The position numbers and the translations under genes are program-made. Below the pieces are notes generated by a model that saw only the letters and a list, made by a program, of their open reading frames with translations, was not told the origin of the DNA and did not search any database. A DNA stretch of 17,988 nt from Candidatus Auribacterota bacterium. Its GTDB lineage: Bacteria; Auribacterota; UBA6266. Where the stretch lies: assembly GCA_023136205.1 (NCBI GenBank), contig JAGLRQ010000049.1, forward strand, positions 1-17,988, written 5' to 3'. Below are positions 17,071 to 17,988 of this stretch, piece after piece (position 1 is the stretch's first letter; each line of letters starts with the position of its first letter).

Positions 17071-17099
17071 TTTACAAAATAATTTTTATCTGGTATTAT
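17071..17099 (+). promoter_or_regulatory. Candidate topA promoter with extended -10
   Basis: TTTACA (17071-17076), 17-nt spacer, TGg-TATTAT (-10 at 17094-17099). It lies about 54 nt upstream of the topA ATG. Confidence 0.45.
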
Positions 17100-17152
17100 T
17101 TTGCCCTTTCAGGGAAACAGATGAATTTATTTAATAGAAAGCGCGGGGAAAG

Positions 17153-17988
17153 ATGAAATCACTTGTAATAGTTGAATCGCCGGCAAAGGCAAAGACGATA
17201 AATAAAATTCTTGGTGATAGCTGTCAGGTAATGGCTTCAGGAGGGCATATTAGGGACCTTCCTAAGAAAGAGATAGGAATTGATATTAAGAACGAATTTA
17301 AGCCTAAGTATGTTGCAATAACAAAGAAAAAAGATATTATCTCGAAACTTAAAAAAGCCGCTGTTGAATCAGAAAAGGTTTACCTTGCGCCTGACCCTGA
17401 CAGGGAAGGTGAGGCCATAGCATGGCATCTATCACAAATAATGAAAATCCCCTCTGAAAAGATGAGAAGAGTTACTTTTAATGAGATAACAAAGTCAGCG
17501 GTTAAAAAAGCCTTTGAATCTGCTCATGATATTAATATGAACAAAGTTAATTCACAGCAGGCCAGAAGGATTCTTGACAGAATAGTTGGATATAAAATCA
17601 GCCCTTTGCTTTGGAGAAAGCTTAAAGGAAGCCAAAGTGCCGGAAGAGTCCAGTCTGTCGCGTTAAGGCTTGTATGTGAAAAAGAAAAGCAAATCGAAGA
17701 TTTTAATTCGGTGAAATACTGGGACATTTTCGCAGAGCTTTCTAAAATAGACAATAAACAAAATTTCCAAGCCAAGCTTCTGACTGTTGATGGCAAAAAG
17801 GTTGTTCAGACGCCTAAGAACGAAGATGAGATTGCGATACATGATGAGAAAGGCGCTTCGAAAATAAAAGAAGAGCTTGAATCATCAAAGTTTTTAATAA
17901 CCGGCATAAGCAAAAAGAATATAAAAAGAAATCCCGGGCCGCCTTTTACAACAAGCCTTCTCCAGCAGGCTGGGGTGAACGTTCTGGG
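17153..17988 (+). CDS. topA: DNA topoisomerase I, N-terminal part (runs off the 3' end of the window)
   Basis: It is absent from the ORF track because there is no stop in the window. The frame is open from ATG 17153. MKSLVIVESPAKAKTINKILG (Toprim), YLAPDPDREGEAIAWHL and ARRILDRIVGYKISPLLW are canonical TopA. Confidence 0.93.
   Translation, partial: MKSLVIVESPAKAKTINKILGDSCQVMASGGHIRDLPKKEIGIDIKNEFKPKYVAITKKKDIISKLKKAAVESEKVYLAPDPDREGEAIAWHLSQIMKIPSEKMRRVTFNEITKSAVKKAFESAHDINMNKVNSQQARRILDRIVGYKISPLLWRKLKGSQSAGRVQSVALRLVCEKEKQIEDFNSVKYWDIFAELSKIDNKQNFQAKLLTVDGKKVVQTPKNEDEIAIHDEKGASKIKEELESSKFLITGISKKNIKRNPGPPFTTSLLQQAGVNVL

Noticed and set aside
17524-17796. Minus-strand 90-aa ORF
   Set aside because: It is antisense to topA, whose frame carries unmistakable Toprim and topoisomerase motifs.
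1-17988. Mobile element, prophage, defence island or horizontally acquired cassette
   Set aside because: There are no integrase, transposase or recombinase genes, no flanking tRNA or direct repeats, no abrupt compositional shift at gene scale, and the gene content is core metabolism and envelope.

Overview
Visibly AT-rich bacterial chromosomal window, densely packed with housekeeping genes. All but one gene lie on the + strand. Order: DUF4416 (3' end only), DUF1015, deoC, a glycine-cleavage operon (gcvT-gcvH-gcvPA-gcvPB) followed directly by a LipM/LplA-family lipoyl(octanoyl)transferase, a large TPR lipoprotein, a 66-aa mini-lipoprotein, sppA, rnhC, lpxD (- strand), hemW-like radical SAM, aroB, dprA, and the 5' part of topA. 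LpxD implies a diderm. LpxD together with RNase HIII and the low GC fits an uncultured lineage (PVC/Omnitrophota-like is only a guess). I see no rRNA, tRNA, CRISPR array, transposase, integrase, toxin-antitoxin or recognisable defence genes, and no protein-coding cassette that looks like a novel system. The signal that ordinary annotation does not explain is non-coding. (1) Three intergenic tandem arrays of a degenerate heptanucleotide (consensus about ATACGAA, exact 7-nt phase) all sit in the transcription-sense orientation, upstream of gcvT, gcvH and topA. (2) A five-tract G-run element (potential G-quadruplex, also one arm of a long imperfect hairpin) lies between deoC and the gcv promoter, where a glycine riboswitch is commonly found and is absent. 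(3) A 10-bp inverted repeat links the third heptamer array to the topA -10 region. (4) An 11-codon uORF ends in an ATGA overlap with the topA start. Convincing intrinsic terminators are essentially absent. All functional ideas for these elements are hypotheses.
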